Of a stretch of DNA of 64,000 nucleotides, positions 25,466 to 38,734 are shown in pieces. A model generated the notes under the pieces. It did no database searches and was not told where the DNA came from. It saw only the letters and a list, made by a program, of their open reading frames with translations. The stretch's first letter is position 1, and every line of letters begins with the position of its first letter. The DNA comes from Negaprion brevirostris. Taxonomy: Eukaryota. Both the position numbers and the translations under genes were made by a program. The stretch is taken from assembly GCA_030324005.1 (NCBI GenBank), contig JARDVH010000001.1:105937297-106001296 (forward strand). Reading direction: 5' to 3'.

Positions 25466-26864
25466 AATCTAAAAGAAAGATCATATTTCCGCCTCTTTTT
25501 AGTGCCAAACAAGTAGTGAATTCAAATTGAATTCCTTTTTATCCACTTACTGAAATTTTCCAGCAATTTGCTTTTATTCCTTTTTTAACTGAAATTGCTT
25601 CTACAATGTTCAAATAGTGCACAAGTGGATTGTTCATCAAGTCTAAGCCTACTGAAATACCACTTTTCAATGGGCCTTCTAGGCAGCAAGTTTCAATAGG
25701 TTTATGTCTGTAATTGACTGAATAAACACTGATTCTTGGAAGAAGCCACATCCATGTCAACCAAAAACCTGATTCAATGGACTATCAACTAACTATGGTT
25801 GTGTCGCAAGACATACTTGTTTAGATAGCAAAACCCTGAAGAACTATTGCCTGATCTATCAGGATACTCAGTAGCTTTCATTTCTACAGGCAGTTGATGA
25901 AATGTAGCAGACATCCAGCTCACTTCTTCCTCCCACCAGGTAACCACTCGTAAGCAGCACAGAGTTAGGAAGTAGAAGGCACACATACACGTTTTGGGTA
26001 AAGGAGAAGCATCAGGGCTAAGCACAGTGATCACATATGCATTGTACAGAGCTAGTGTGAATAAAAAGCAGTTTAACTTGAACTCCAATGTGTAAAAAGT
26101 TATTTTAGGATGAAATGAACTCAGAATAAGGCTGCAGTGATAGTTATGGAATTTGAGAACTTGATAGGCTGCTGCAGCCAGTTTGGGCCAAATGGCTTTC
26201 TTCGGCACTGCACCAATTCAATGTGGACAATAATGCTTTACAGGTGAGGGCATGAGTACACTGCAGTTGTCTGATGCTCACGGTTAGTTCAAAAGCTTAA
26301 ATAACTATATCATTATTCAACTATTTTCTGCAGATTAAAGGTGTAACCAGTTTCCTGGGCAAACAAGTCTTCAGTTCTGATGTCATCATTTGCTGCTGGC
26401 TACTGCCCATTCTCCTGTCTGCCCCATGCATGGCTGAGCAGGTGATTGACTCAGCAGGCGACAGCTGGACAGCTTGGATAGCTTGTACTGCAACACTTCC
26501 CCCATGGTTTGAGGCTTCCAAAACTTTGTTTCAGGGTGCTGATAATCTGGTCCACTAAAACTCTTCTGGCCAGGTGTACCTTGTAATATTGTTCTTCACG
26601 TCTTCTCCATTGATTCCTCAATGAGGTACGCAGTCATAGTAGGTAACGTCTGTGCCTAGCAGATTGCCATCTAATCTTCCTGGCTCTTAAGATGATAATG
26701 GTGGCTTTGTAGATTGGTGTAAAATGAGCCACTGCCAGGGTCATGGATATTCTTGTGAAAGATTCCATGTATATTGGTGATATACTTGTAGCACATTTGT
26801 AACGTAGAACGCCATCTATGCATAATGTGGTGATATTGGAAGCTGAAACTTGTATAGCACGTTC

Positions 26865-27062
26865 TCTCATGTTTGTGAGGGTTTACTCCCAGTGCTCCAA
26901 TTTCCTCTCACAGTCCAAAAGAAATACTGGTTAGCTAAGTACTGGCCATGTTAAATTCTCCCTCAGTGTACCTGAACAGGCACTGGAGAATGGCGACTAG
27001 GGGACTTTCACAGTAACTTCATTGCAGTATTAATGTAAGCTTACTTGTCACACCAATAAAAC
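26865..27062 (+). mobile_element. V-SINE 3' part (HE1-like)
   Basis: CACAGTCCAAAAG..GGCGACTAGGGGACTTTCACAGTAACTTCATTGCAG, shared with 7372-7673. Confidence 0.8.
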
Positions 27063-29306
27063 TGAATAATTTGGATCTCAGTAATTACCCACAATTTGGG
27101 AAGTCCAGACAGAATGTGTGAGGGTTCCATGGGAGTACAGATGTACAGTTTGCTAACAATACATGACCAAAACAAGCAAAAGAATTAGTAAGGAAGTAGG
27201 TGAAATAATTTTCAGGTTAAAAAGAGCCTTTTTTGAGCTTGTGATTAAAGCTACTTGATAGTTGATGAACTATTTTGAAGCCAATTTGACAAAGTAGGGT
27301 CCTTTAAATAGCAATGAGATTTCTAACTAATTAAACAGGCATAATGATGTCTGTGAGGGGTATCTGTAGTCCTTTGCTTTTCTTCAAAGAATGCCATGGG
27401 ATCTTTTATGTCCAACTGAGAGGAGTTCCATATCACAACTGAGAGGAGGCGGGGTATTGCTTTAACATTTCATCTGAATGCTAGTACTCACAGCAGAAGT
27501 AAAAAGAGTTTGTCTTGATCATCTGCTCAAATCTAGAATGCAGCTTGAACACACAATGTTCTAATTTGGAGGCAAGGGTTTGACCATTGCACCAAGGTTA
27601 ACATCTAAAGCAGCAACACCAAACAAATCTACTTCAACATGAGGGAAAAACATATTTTGTAGCACCAGTTTTACTTGGAGCACTGTTCAGGCCCCCAGTG
27701 CAATCTAAGGTTGTTAGGGGGAGATGGGAAATGTGGATCTCAACATGTACAGATCATCCATGATCTTACTGCTTGGTGGCGCAGGCTTAAGTGGTCGAAC
27801 AGCCTGCATCTGCTCCTGTATCGTATGTTGTAAAATTATGACAATTGGAACACAGAACAAGCTGCACAGTAATTCTATATTGGAGAGCAATAGAATCAAC
27901 TTGTCATTTGGATTCCTAAATAAAATCTATGCAAAGTAGCTTAAGTTTATTATAATCCTTTTTGCTTCCATTTAATCCTTCCGGAATCATAACAGGTAAT
28001 TTTGTATTGCTGGGAAGTGTGGCCCAGTAGAGGCACAAATTGGAAATTTGGATCTATGCTGTGCATAATCCCTTGACTACTGATTTAAACAGTCAGAGAA
28101 CCATTTAGTGTTCACCTAAAATTTCACAATGCTTAGCAATGCTCCCCACCAGGAGCACAAGTTAGATAATTGAATGTACAATGTCCTCATTCAATTTATT
28201 CATTCAAATAGTTCTACTGAACTTAATTTCATAAGTTAATCAAGCATACTTAAATGTTCAAATTTTAGTAACCAATGACTGGATATACATGTCAAAACTA
28301 TTGAGTGGGCTACATATGATTATATAGAAACTCAATCCCCTGAATCCAAATATTGAGAGACATGCCAACAAAAATTAACTGTTTTTGACTACTCTTTATG
28401 GTGGGGATGTTCTTCATGTTCCATTCATGGTACGTAATCAGATTGAAAGCCATTTGTAGTTCATATTTCTGTACCTCGTGTACCTTAAGGCAACATTGCA
28501 AGATATATTTGAAAATTTGGAAAGTCAAAGTCAAGAATGCAATGGCAGAACGGAGGGGCTCTAGGATATGAACAACCACACCATGCTTCCCCCATCACCT
28601 TATAAATTTTTTAGTTGAATAAAATAGCACTGGAGAATTCCCCCATCTTCATTTCTTTCCCAGTATCCTCTGCCATCCATCTTGTTCTTCAGCCTGCAAG
28701 TCTAATTGTCCTTGGCTTGGCTGGATTTAATTGTCACTCCTCCAATCTTAGCTCTAAATTCCTCTTTTAACATTCTTCGCAGGGGCCTTAGTCCCTAGGT
28801 AATTCTGGCTTTATCTTTGGCTCTAAACACGACAAGTTCTATGCCCTTTGAAACAGTGACAGAACTATGTTGGGTGGAGGGGAGGCAATGTTATGGAGCT
28901 GCTCACAAAGACAAATTTTCATAGGCTACTACTAATATCTGGATTTCTTATAATCCCAAATCTTCAGTTCCAGTTCCACGTTATCAGGAAGTACCAATAA
29001 ACATTTCCTGGGACAATAGAAAGAAAGTGGTCTGAATATCTAAGGCTTGTAAGATTCGAACCTAGACCAATAAATTCCCAGTTTAGCTAACAGCTTTGCA
29101 AACAGGTGCACAAAATGGGGGTGGGGTTGGTGGTGCTTAGTGGACCAAATCATGCAATTTGCTCTAGACCTCTGGTTTAACAAAGTAATCCAATTATTCC
29201 TTCATTGGATTATGATTAGTTCCTCTGTATGCACACAACCGTGCCATCCTCAAAACATTGTCCATTTGATTCTGAGCGTACTCTACACATATTGAGATGG
29301 ACTTAC

Positions 29307-29396
29307 CTCCTTAACTTGTTCTCTATAAACACAGTAACTGCCAACCGACACACATTCAGGACAGCATTTTCCGGGCAAATGTAACAATTCTTCACC
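29307..29396 (-). CDS. FRAS1: FRAS1 coding exon (~exon 10): GEELLHLPGKCCPECVSVGSYCVYREQVKE
   Basis: ctgcag|GGT acceptor, GAG|gtaagt donor, 90 nt, phase 0-0; matches recalled human DEELIHLDGKCCPECISRNGYCVYEE. Confidence 0.95.
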
Positions 29397-32300
29397 CTGC
29401 AGGTAATTACAAACATTTATTTAAATCTGATAATGATTACCACAATTTATACTGCAAGTGTAAAAATGCACACTGCCAAAGGGACACATTAATAGTAATA
29501 GTTTCGGCCCAAAGTTCCATGAGCCTTCTTCACCGCAAAAGTGTAAGAGTCACAAAACTAGTCAACAGCATACAGGCAGGTAGTTGTATGGAATAAATTG
29601 GATTAAATAAACTCTTAGCAGGCAGAGATGCCATATTGAAATGGTAATGATGACCTCAAAATGGACTATTAATTGGTGAACAGATGCCAAGATATCTTTA
29701 AAGGTGGTAGGAGTGCCAATGAAGAATAGACCCCAGCATAACAAACATCTGGAGATATAAAAAAAATTCTGAAGGCCATCTTTGGTTGATCAAGCATGTG
29801 GGATGGCCAGAGAACAATAAAGAGATAATATTTTAATAAGTAAGGGCAAGAGCCACTGGTAGGCGGCCTTTATGACCACTAACATGTTTAATTATTTACC
29901 CCGCATGCTTGTATCCTAATTATATGTCCAATGCATGTGCTTACAAATGAATACAATTCTTACCTCACATAATTTAGCATACAAATGTACGACACAATGG
30001 TTGTGACAGCTTTGAGCTGTCAGGCAACGCAATTCATAAGGGCCAATAAATTTGTTGTTTGAGAATGAAATTGACATTAATCTCATCATCCTTGCCCGTG
30101 TGGGGTTTGTATTCATGTGTTGATAAATAAAAATGATTAATTAGATGTGCTTCTGTTGCTCGAGTCCATGGACCCATATTAAAATGAATATTAAATATTA
30201 AAATATTAATTTAAAATAAGCTTTTTCCTAAACACTGAAGCAATTCGCTAAAATCCCAAATTGTGGCACTGGGATTTATTTAAATAGCCAGGATGAGAAA
30301 TCCAACTGAAATGGAAAAGGTGATCACTGACTACCCAGCAGAAAATCAGAGTAGCATATTGTTGGTTGAGCCAAAACTTCTTTAATGTCTGAAATAGAAG
30401 TGATAAAATTTTAACTCAATTCTGTGGGATTGAATACTTTTCCTTCTCATGGTGCAGAGAGTCCTCAGCAGATGTGACTTCTGCTAGAACCGAACAAGGG
30501 TGCAATGGGCATAATTCCCAGCCAAATCCAGAAATACAAAAAAAGCTGGCAGAGGTGGTGGAGAAATTATGCCAGAAAACTCATGGCCAGGATTCTCCCA
30601 AAAAAATTTTAAGTTCCCAACATGCGGGAAATTGGGAGTAAAACCTGCCTGTCTTTTCCCCATGTGATTTCCAGAATGAAACTCCAATGCTTTGTGCATC
30701 ACAGTACCCTAGCAGGATTCTCTCTGAAAATCAGGGGCCTATTCCCGCCCAGAAGGTCAGCAGCATAGCGATGAGTGGGCCAAAGCTTATGTGCTGATCT
30801 GTCAGCGTAGAGATCAGCGCATGCACAGCGGCCTCCCCCTCCTCACTTGCCAGCCTCCAGATCACTAGCCAGCCCCACAAACCCCCTGACCACTGGTCTT
30901 TTGGACCTCCAAGGATAATCCCCTCCCCCCGGCAGTCCCAATCCACCCACTGAACCCAATGACAACTCCCGATCTCGCCCCCGACAATTTCAAACACCCA
31001 CTCCCTCCCTACCCACCTGAATGGCCAGCCCAGATTGCCCTCCCTCCCTCCCTCCCCCCCAACAAATCCCAATGGCAAAGTGGTAGCAGGTTCCCCCCCA
31101 TGACGCCCTGCCCCAAGTAAGCCCTGCCCCTCTGGCCTCACCCCTTTGGTACTGCCTGGTGTTGATGGGCACTGCCAAGGTGCTCCTTGGGCANNNNNNN
31201 NNNNNNNNNNNNNNNNNNNNNNNNNNNNNNNNNNNNNNNNNNNNNNNNNNNNNNNNNNNNNNNNNNNNNNNNNNNNNNNNNNNNNNNNNNNNNNNNNNNN
31301 NNNNNNNNNNNNNNNNNNNNNNNNNNNNNNNNNNNNNNNNNNNNNNNNNNNNNNNNNNNNNNNNNNNNNNNNNNNNNNNNNNNNNNNNNNNNNNNNNNNN
31401 NNNNNNNNNNNNNNNNNNNNNNNNNNNNNNNNNNNNNNNNNNNNNNNNNNNNNNNNNNNNNNNNNNNNNNNNNNNNNNNNNNNNNNNNNNNNNNNNNNNN
31501 NNNNNNNNNNNNNNNNNNNNNNNNNNNNNNNNNNNNNNNNNNNNNNNNNNNNNNNNNNNNNNNNNNNNNNNNNNNNNNNNNNNNNNNNNNNNNNNNNNNN
31601 NNNNNNNNNNNNNNNNNNNNNNNNNNNNNNNNNNNNNNNNNNNNNNNNNNNNNNNNNNNNNNNNNNNNNNNNNNNNNNNNNNNNNNNNNNNNNNNNNNNN
31701 NNNNNNNNNNNNNNNNNNNNNNNNNNNNNNNNNNNNNNNNNNNNNNNNNNNNNNNNNNNNNNNNNNNNNNNNNNNNNNNNNNNNNNNNNNNNNNNNNNNN
31801 NNNNNNNNNNNNNNNNNNNNNNNNNNNNNNNNNNNNNNNNNNNNNNNNNNNNNNNNNNNNNNNNNNNNNNNNNNNNNNNNNNNNNNNNNNNNNNNNNNNN
31901 NNNNNNNNNNNNNNNNNNNNNNNNNNNNNNNNNNNNNNNNNNNNNAACCATTCAAATAGCACATGCTGTATTGGTCCGCCCCTACTTCCACCTGTTAACT
32001 GTGGCTCCAAGTTGTTGTTAGCATACACACTGGCTGCACCCTGGTAAACTGCTGTCAAGGGCAGGCCAAACCTGGTGAGAACAGCCAGCAGGTCTCCAAC
32101 TCTTGATGATTCTTGAATTTGTTGACTCTGGTGTGCGAAGACCGACTCCATTGGGTTAGATGGATGAGACCATTTCAGGCTCAATGGCCGTCAAGGCAGT
32201 TCAGCAGAGTCTTGTGGAATACATAGAATTCAACAAGCCACAGATGATGTCCTGGTCATCTACCAAATCCAGATCTATCCCCAGCCATCCAGATTAGTCT

Positions 32301-32835
32301 CACCACTGGACCAAGATAGGTCAGGCTGACGATGTGCAACTCTCCCTCACTGCAATCCAATTTATGGGTAAATCACGTTTATCAACTTAACATGTTGGAG
32401 ATGGCTATCTTCACCTCAAAGGATGAACAATGTATTTTCAACTTTACCTGCTTTGTGTACAGGCCAGACAATACTGAACCTGAGATATCAATACTTGATG
32501 AGTCAAGTTTCAAGTAAATGTAACATGCATGTGGCTGGGAGGACGGTAAAATTTGCTTCAAGATGAATCAGTGCATTGATTACAGAAAAGTAATGAATTT
32601 TTCTTTGATTCAAGTTAGTTATGATACCAATTGTCATTGTCAGCCAGATATTGTAAATATTTCAGCAATATGCCCACTTTCAGAATGCCAAAATTCATGA
32701 TATGCAGATAATTCAGAATAATTGACCTGAACACCTGAATATTCCTAGCATTTCATTCAAATGATTTCTTTCACCGAATATAGCAAAGCCACACCACCAT
32801 AGGTAATGACAACATAGGAAAACAGGCTGCCTTAC

Positions 32836-33027
32836 CCACGAGCATTCCACTCGGGCACATTCGGCAGTCTGACAGATGACCTGCCCCCTCTCACACATGC
32901 AGAACTCGCAGCCAGTCACATTCCACATCTCTCCGTGATACCTGATGACACCTTCATACAGGCAGTTCCCTTTTCCAGACACACATTCCTCACAACAGCG
33001 TCCAGGTCTTCTGACTTTATTCAGTCC
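32836..33027 (-). CDS. FRAS1: FRAS1 coding exon (~exon 9): GLNKVRRPGRCCEECVSGKGNCLYEGVIRYHGEMWNVTGCEFCMCERGQVICQTAECARVECSW
   Basis: Lies within ORF 32713..33051(-); ccacag|GGA acceptor, TGG|gtaag donor, 192 nt, phase 0-0; CEFCMC..GQV.CQT.ECA.VEC is diagnostic of FRAS1. Confidence 0.97.
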
Positions 33028-33175
33028 CTGTGGAAATAAATAAAACATCAAATATCAAAATGGTGATTTGTTTTGGCATCTTGAGGGTTGTACACAATGG
33101 CCCCAATACCGAGAGGGGGGGTGGGGGCAGCAGTATGCATTTCGAAAACTTGGAGGACCAGGTTCCATGTTGAAT

Positions 33176-33390
33176 AAAAACAGAAAATATTGGAAAAACT
33201 CAGCAGGTCTAACAGCATTTTTGGAGAGAGAAGGAGAATTAACAGTTTGACTCTGCATTATGAGGGTCATATGGACTTGAAATATGAACTTTATTTTTCT
33301 CTCCAGAGATGCTGACAAACCTGCTGAGTTTTTCCATCATTTCCTGTTTGTATTTCAGATTTCCAATATTCAGAGTATACTGCTTTTATT
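33176..33390. repeat. Palindromic interspersed repeat, possibly Penelope-terminus-derived; other full or partial copies at ~12410-12510, 14700-14810, 18890-18965, 20595-20765, 47195-47300
   Basis: Arm AACAGAAAAT.TTGGAAAAACTCAGCAGGT..CAGCAT...TGGAGAGA pairs with TCTCTCCAGAGATGCTG..ACCTGCTGAGTTTTTCCA. Confidence 0.7.
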
Positions 33391-34409
33391 TTGGGTTTTC
33401 ATCTGGTCCTGCTGAATTTAATGGCAGGTTAACACCGTTTGTTTCCATTTCTTAGCTGCAATCAGCTGGGTTGAAGACAATCCAGTAGTAAAGTGGGTAG
33501 GCTTTGGTGCCAGGCCACAGCTGGAGGTTGCAAAGGAAGAAGAAAGGAGTCATAAAAGGGGAAGGTGGTAGAAGATTGGAGGCTTGAGACACATTTGAGG
33601 CTGGTGGCAAGGGAAAATCCAGAGGCTGGAGTGAGTTAGATATGTTATCCTATATGTTAGGTATGTTATTTCACAACTGTAATTTTGTGTCCAATTGCAA
33701 GCCACAAATAAACATACAAAATAATTACCTTCAGCAAATTCAAAATATTAATTATATGTACCTATAAAATGCTCACGCTTTGCAAACAGACTTAAATTGA
33801 AGAACAAGTATCACTATGACAGAATGTGAGATCTTCCTCCTTCTGCACGATTTCAAACTTTTGTTTAAAAATGCTTTTCCCTTTACACTCAAGAGTCCTT
33901 GAGTTAAATACCACAAGTTAAAACGACATGTGCATCATGCTTGGGAGGCTTGAATCTCAGCACTCCTTATCTCTATGCACAGTCTTCAGAATGACCCCAC
34001 CTACATTAACAAACACCAAAAGCTTCAGGGCAGCAGACAAAAGCTTCTCACAAATGTACACAATGTGACTGAAACTGCCACCAAACCCACAAACTTACAT
34101 GGTTAGTAATTCCCAAACAGATTGCGATTAGTTTCCTGGGATATTTTGGAAACACCCAAAAATCTTACAGTTCTTTAATTACAAAGGGTTCATCTGCTGG
34201 GTTAACCATATCAAACAACAGGTGGGAATGTTTAACATTTGCTCATAGCCAAAATATACCCTTTAATCAAGATGGCAAAATCTTCCCCTTTGCATGAAGT
34301 TTAAGCACACTGCTGACAAAACTTTCAAGTAAGCAGAAAGACATAGCTTGGTCAGTGATGAGTCCTACAAATTTTATGAACAGCATATTTTTGAAAAGAC
34401 AAGCACCTG

Positions 34410-35070
34410 ACTGCTCACAAGACGTGAAAGTGCAAGATGCAATTAAGGTAGTACACTAGGTAGATAAGGTTGTTAAGAAAGCATATGGAATTTTTTAACT
34501 TATTAGCCGAGGCATGGAATACAAGAGCAGGAGGATACGTAGGAACAATATATTAAAAAATTAGTTAGGTCACAGCTTGAGTAATGTGTGAAGTTCTGGT
34601 CACCTCATTGCAGAAAGAATACAATTGCACTAGAGACGGCACAGAGAAGCTTATGAGGATGTTGCCAGGTCTGGATAATTGCAGCTATGAGGAAAGATTG
34701 ATAGGCTGGTGTTGTTGGCCTTGGAACCGAGGGGGCTGAGGGTAGATTTGACTGAGATATACAAAATAGTTAGGGTCTGGATGCAGTGAAGTTATTTAGC
34801 AGACAGCTCAGTGGCTGGGATGCACTGATTTAAAATAATTGTTGGAAGGATCAGAGGGGGATGAGGAAAAACATCCTCACCCATGAGGGTTGTCTAAAAC
34901 TCACTGCCCTCAACTTATTGAAGAGATGTCCAGATATGCAACTGAATTGCCATAACCTGCAGGGCCACGTACCAAATGCTGGAAAGTGGGATTAGCCAGG
35001 GTGCCTCTTTTGTCAGTCGGGGCAGACATAATGGTCCAAATGCTGTCTTACAGTGCCATAAACTTTCTAT
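34410..35070 (+). mobile_element. CR1 LINE 3' fragment
   Basis: GTTAAGAAAGCATATGG, AGCTTGAGTAATGTGTGAAGTTCTGGTCACC, CAGCTATGAGGAAAGATTG and CR1-type tail. Confidence 0.8.
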
Positions 35071-35412
35071 GGTTCCAATGTAATGTTCATATTGTCAAAC
35101 AATACATATGCAAAAGCATCCTGATAACCATTGTTAATATTGCTCTGCAATTGATTTAGGGAGGACTAATCAGAAATTCCAATTTCCTTGAAGTAGATGC
35201 ACTGATGTGTTGAAAAATTGCCTTTAGTCCAAAGTCCAAGAAATCCACTTCTGTAAACCAATTTCCAACATAAACACTGCCAGAGAGAGGGATAGTGCAC
35301 CTCAAAATTGGCAGGGTCTCTAAATTTCCTTTTAGTACAAAGATGCAGGACAGGAAAACCTTCTTCATAATATCCCATAAATCAACATGTGCTTTACTCC
35401 ACTTGTAATTAC

Positions 35413-35514
35413 CTTTTCACAAGTCAATGATGGGCATGTCTGCGCATAACATCTAACATCACCATGGTCGCAAATACAACTAGTGCACTCATTCTTCTTC
35501 CACTGATCACCATG
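35413..35514 (-). CDS. FRAS1: FRAS1 coding exon (~exon 8): HGDQWKKNECTSCICDHGDVRCYAQTCPSLTCEK
   Basis: cctcag|CAT acceptor, AAG|gtaatt donor, 102 nt, phase 0-0; matches recalled human HGEQWSENACTTCICDRGEVRC. Confidence 0.95.
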
Positions 35515-35639
35515 CTGAGGAAACAAAGAGCAGACACTTTTTAATAAACATCCAAGACCTAAATTGTACTTTTATGGTGAATAGATATCTGAAATCTGTA
35601 AATTTGAGGGCCAATGCCATCAGTGCTGCAATAAGATCA

Positions 35640-35895
35640 CAACGAGGATGTGGCAGAGGGAAGCAGCAAGCTGGAGGATTGAGGAAAGAAGGGGCAAAGC
35701 AGATGAGATGGTGAGCTGGAGAGGCAAATGGCAGGAAAGCAGGGAGTGGTGACTAGCAGGAGAGCGGGGAGAGGCAAGCTGCGGGAGAGCAGGAAGATGC
35801 GAACGGTGGGACAGCAGGAAGACGCAAGCGGCGGGAGAGGCGAACGGCCAGAGAGTGGAGAAAGATGAGTAGCTAGAAAGCCAGGAGAGGTGAGT
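35640..35895. repeat. Purine-rich low-complexity region / degenerate minisatellite
   Basis: Recurring GGAGAGGC(A/G)A and GCAGGAAGA units. Confidence 0.55.
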
Positions 35896-36207
35896 CAATG
35901 AGCTGTATAATCTAGGGAAGTGGCATGCGAGTAAACAAGTATTTAGTTAGCACTATATAAACGCAAATCTTTCTCTCTTTTGCATCTCAACACAAGCAGC
36001 CTTTTCAGATGTATCGCACACTTAACTTAAACACTACTGTCAATATAGGCATATAAAATTCTAATCTAAGACCTTTTTAAAGGAAAAGCAGAGCCTCAGA
36101 ACAGCCTACATCAGTTTTTTGTGTTGTCAGACCTGGAACTTGACTGGCAATTGAAAAATAGGCTTTAACTAATAAAATCAAAACTTGTAGATTAGCTTCA
36201 AGGTTAC

Positions 36208-36291
36208 CTTGTGCTTCTTCCCTGCCAACGTGCAGGATTTTGGCAGACATTCGGGACAGCATTTTCCAACCTGCATTACAACATCTTCATC
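36208..36291 (-). CDS. FRAS1: FRAS1 coding exon (~exon 7): DEDVVMQVGKCCPECLPKSCTLAGKKHK
   Basis: cag|GAT acceptor, AAG|gtaac donor, 84 nt, phase 0-0; matches recalled human DETVVRVPGKCCPQCSARSCSAAG. Confidence 0.93.
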
Positions 36292-36764
36292 CTGAAGTTA
36301 ACGGGGAGGGAAAGTGATAAATGAGAAGCTTTAGACACTTCATTGCTCAGATTATAATTTATTAACATTTAAATTCCAAAAGATAAATATAGGAATTTAG
36401 AGACACAATAAGATTTGATTGGGGTCGTAACTGGTTGGTTGGTGAAGAAAGGTTTTGGTTTCACCTCCTTCCATTCTGCTGTCACTAATTTCAATCCAAG
36501 CTTTGAATTCTTTATCATAGTCCTATTGCCTTGCATTGGGAAACTTCTAAATTACACAGGAGCTTATTTTAGTACCTACAAATCCTATCTTTGAAGCACA
36601 TTCTTCCCTCTGCAGGAATCCTAATGCCTCAGGCCAGAAGTTTTCTTTCCCTGGGATTTGGCAGGAAAAGTGGTGGGAAATAAGAAAACATCCCACCTAT
36701 GGTACAGAGATTTTTTAATTTGTTCCACCCTTCAGAATTATGGCGAAACAGGAATTATTTTAAT

Positions 36765-37075
36765 TTGTTCATGGTATGTGAGAGTCACTGGCTGGGCCAG
36801 CATTTATTGCCCATCTCTGGACCTTTAAGAGTCAACCACATTGATGTGGGCCTGGATTTGTATTGAGGCCAAACAGTGTAAGGGTGGAAGATTCCCTTCC
36901 CTAAAGGACATTAGTGGACCAGATGGGTTTTTAATGACAATCAACAAGGGTTCCATGGTCATCAGCAGCCTTTTTAAAAGCCAGATTTCAATTAAAGTTG
37001 AATTTCACCATCTGCTGTGGTGGGATTTGAACCAGGTCTCTAGAGGATTACCTTGTGTCCCTGAAATACTTGTCC
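36765..37075 (-). mobile_element. LINE-tail-related short repeat; similar copies at ~40835-41290 and 46685-47010
   Basis: CAGCATTTATTGCCC, TTCCCTAAAGGACATTAGTG..CAGATGGGTTTTT and GGGATTTGAACC recur. Confidence 0.6.
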
Positions 37076-37889
37076 AAAACAAGTTTAAACCACATGGTTC
37101 TTTTTGCTACCTAGATACTGCTCAGGAGATGCTTTAACATCTGGCATTGAGACATTTACCCAAGTCAAGTGGATGCCTCATAATATTATCAAATCTTGTT
37201 TTTACCAAGAGTAACTATTTATTGAGTGGACTGAAACCATGATAAATTTTAAGAAGGCCTAAATAGCAGTTCTTTAAATGGTCGAACATTTACATGACTA
37301 CCTTGCAAATTGTAAAGCAGTCAGAAAGGAGGTGTGTTGTCTGGAAGTGGACCAAGAGAACAATCATCTTAAACAAGTGGCAAAGTGTAAAAGGCCAATC
37401 CTGAACTACTCAAAGACAACCAAACATAATCTATTTATCCAGATGGGTGCACACTAATCAATTAAACTCATCACTTTGGACAATGAACTTCAGCTGAGAA
37501 GGTCTCCAACCCAGAGCATTCAGACAACTCACTGTAGTAAACAATTAACACAATAAACCTCAAATGAGGGTATCAAGGCCTGGTGTGACCATATTTAGTA
37601 ACGAGTGAGATTGTGAATAGAGGTCATTTAGCAGCAGGCTTTCATCTTAAAAACAAAAATTGAATTTCCACAGCGAGCCCATCTTTTTTCTCTCTCCCAA
37701 GCCCTTCTATAAATATAAGCCTTCTTGTACATGACCAGCCAAACATCACAGTCAGCATCCAAATAGCGTGGTGCAAATAGCTGCAGATTTTAAAGGAAAA
37801 TACAGAGATCATCCGTTAAAACTTTAAGTCATCTCTGCACAGAATCGAGGAAAAATCACTGAACAAAGTCTGAAACTGTTCTCTATGCA

Positions 37890-38720
37890 CCCATTCCTGA
37901 CTCTTCAGATGGTGAAGCAGTCCACGTCCAAATGCAGCAAGACCTAAACAATATGCAGGCTTGGGCTGACAAGTGGCAGGCACATTCACACCACACAAGT
38001 GCCAGATAATAGCCATCTCCAGCAAAAGAAAATTTAAACATCTCCCTTTGGCATTCAATGGCATTACTTTGCTGAATTCCTTCTATCAACATCCTGGGGG
38101 TTTACATTGACCAGAATCTTAACTGGCCACCCACAGAGATACTGTGGCAAGTCAAAGGCTAGAAATTCTATGAAGGTTAACTCACCTCCTGACTCCTCAA
38201 AGCTGTCTACCATCAACAAGTAAAGAGTATAATGGAATACCCTCCATTTGCCTGGGTGAGTGCATCTCCAACAACACTCAAGAAGATTGACACCATCAAG
38301 CAATCCACTTATTTGGCACCCCATCCACAAACATTCACTCTGCACCACTGACACACAGTAGCAGCAGCGTGTACCATCTACAAGGCGCACGGCAGTGACT
38401 CACCAAGGCACCCTGACACCTTCCAAACTCAAAGACTGCTACCATCTAGAAGGACAAGGTGACAGATGCACAGGTACACCCACCACCTGGAAATTCCTCT
38501 CTAAGCCACACATTATCTTGACCTGGAAATTGCCATTCCTTCATGGTCACTGTCAAAATCCTGGAATGCCCTCCCTAACAACATGGTAGGTTCACCTACG
38601 CCACATGGACTCTAGGAGTTCAAGGAGGCAGTTCAGCATCACCTTCTCAAGGGCAACTAAAGGTGGGCAATAAATGCTGGCCCAGCCAGCAAAGCCCACA
38701 TCCCATAAGTGAACAAAAAT
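37890..38720 (+). mobile_element. LINE 3' fragment, same family as 17660-18660
   Basis: GCAGCAAGACCTAAACAATATGCAGGCTTGGGCTGACAAGTGGCAG and the shared tail GGGCAATAAATGCTGGCCCAGCCAGC. Confidence 0.85.
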
Positions 38721-38734
38721 AAACTATAGGAATC

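Noticed and set aside
30175-30220. AT-rich repeated ATATTAAA
   Set aside because: Low-complexity sequence; no repeat-spacer structure. No CRISPR-like array seen anywhere in the window.
30731-32184. Long ORFs of 266-406 aa in several frames
   Set aside because: Artefacts of translating through the N gap at 31194-31945; same for ORFs over gaps at ~10309, 21853, 42419, 52235 and 54852.
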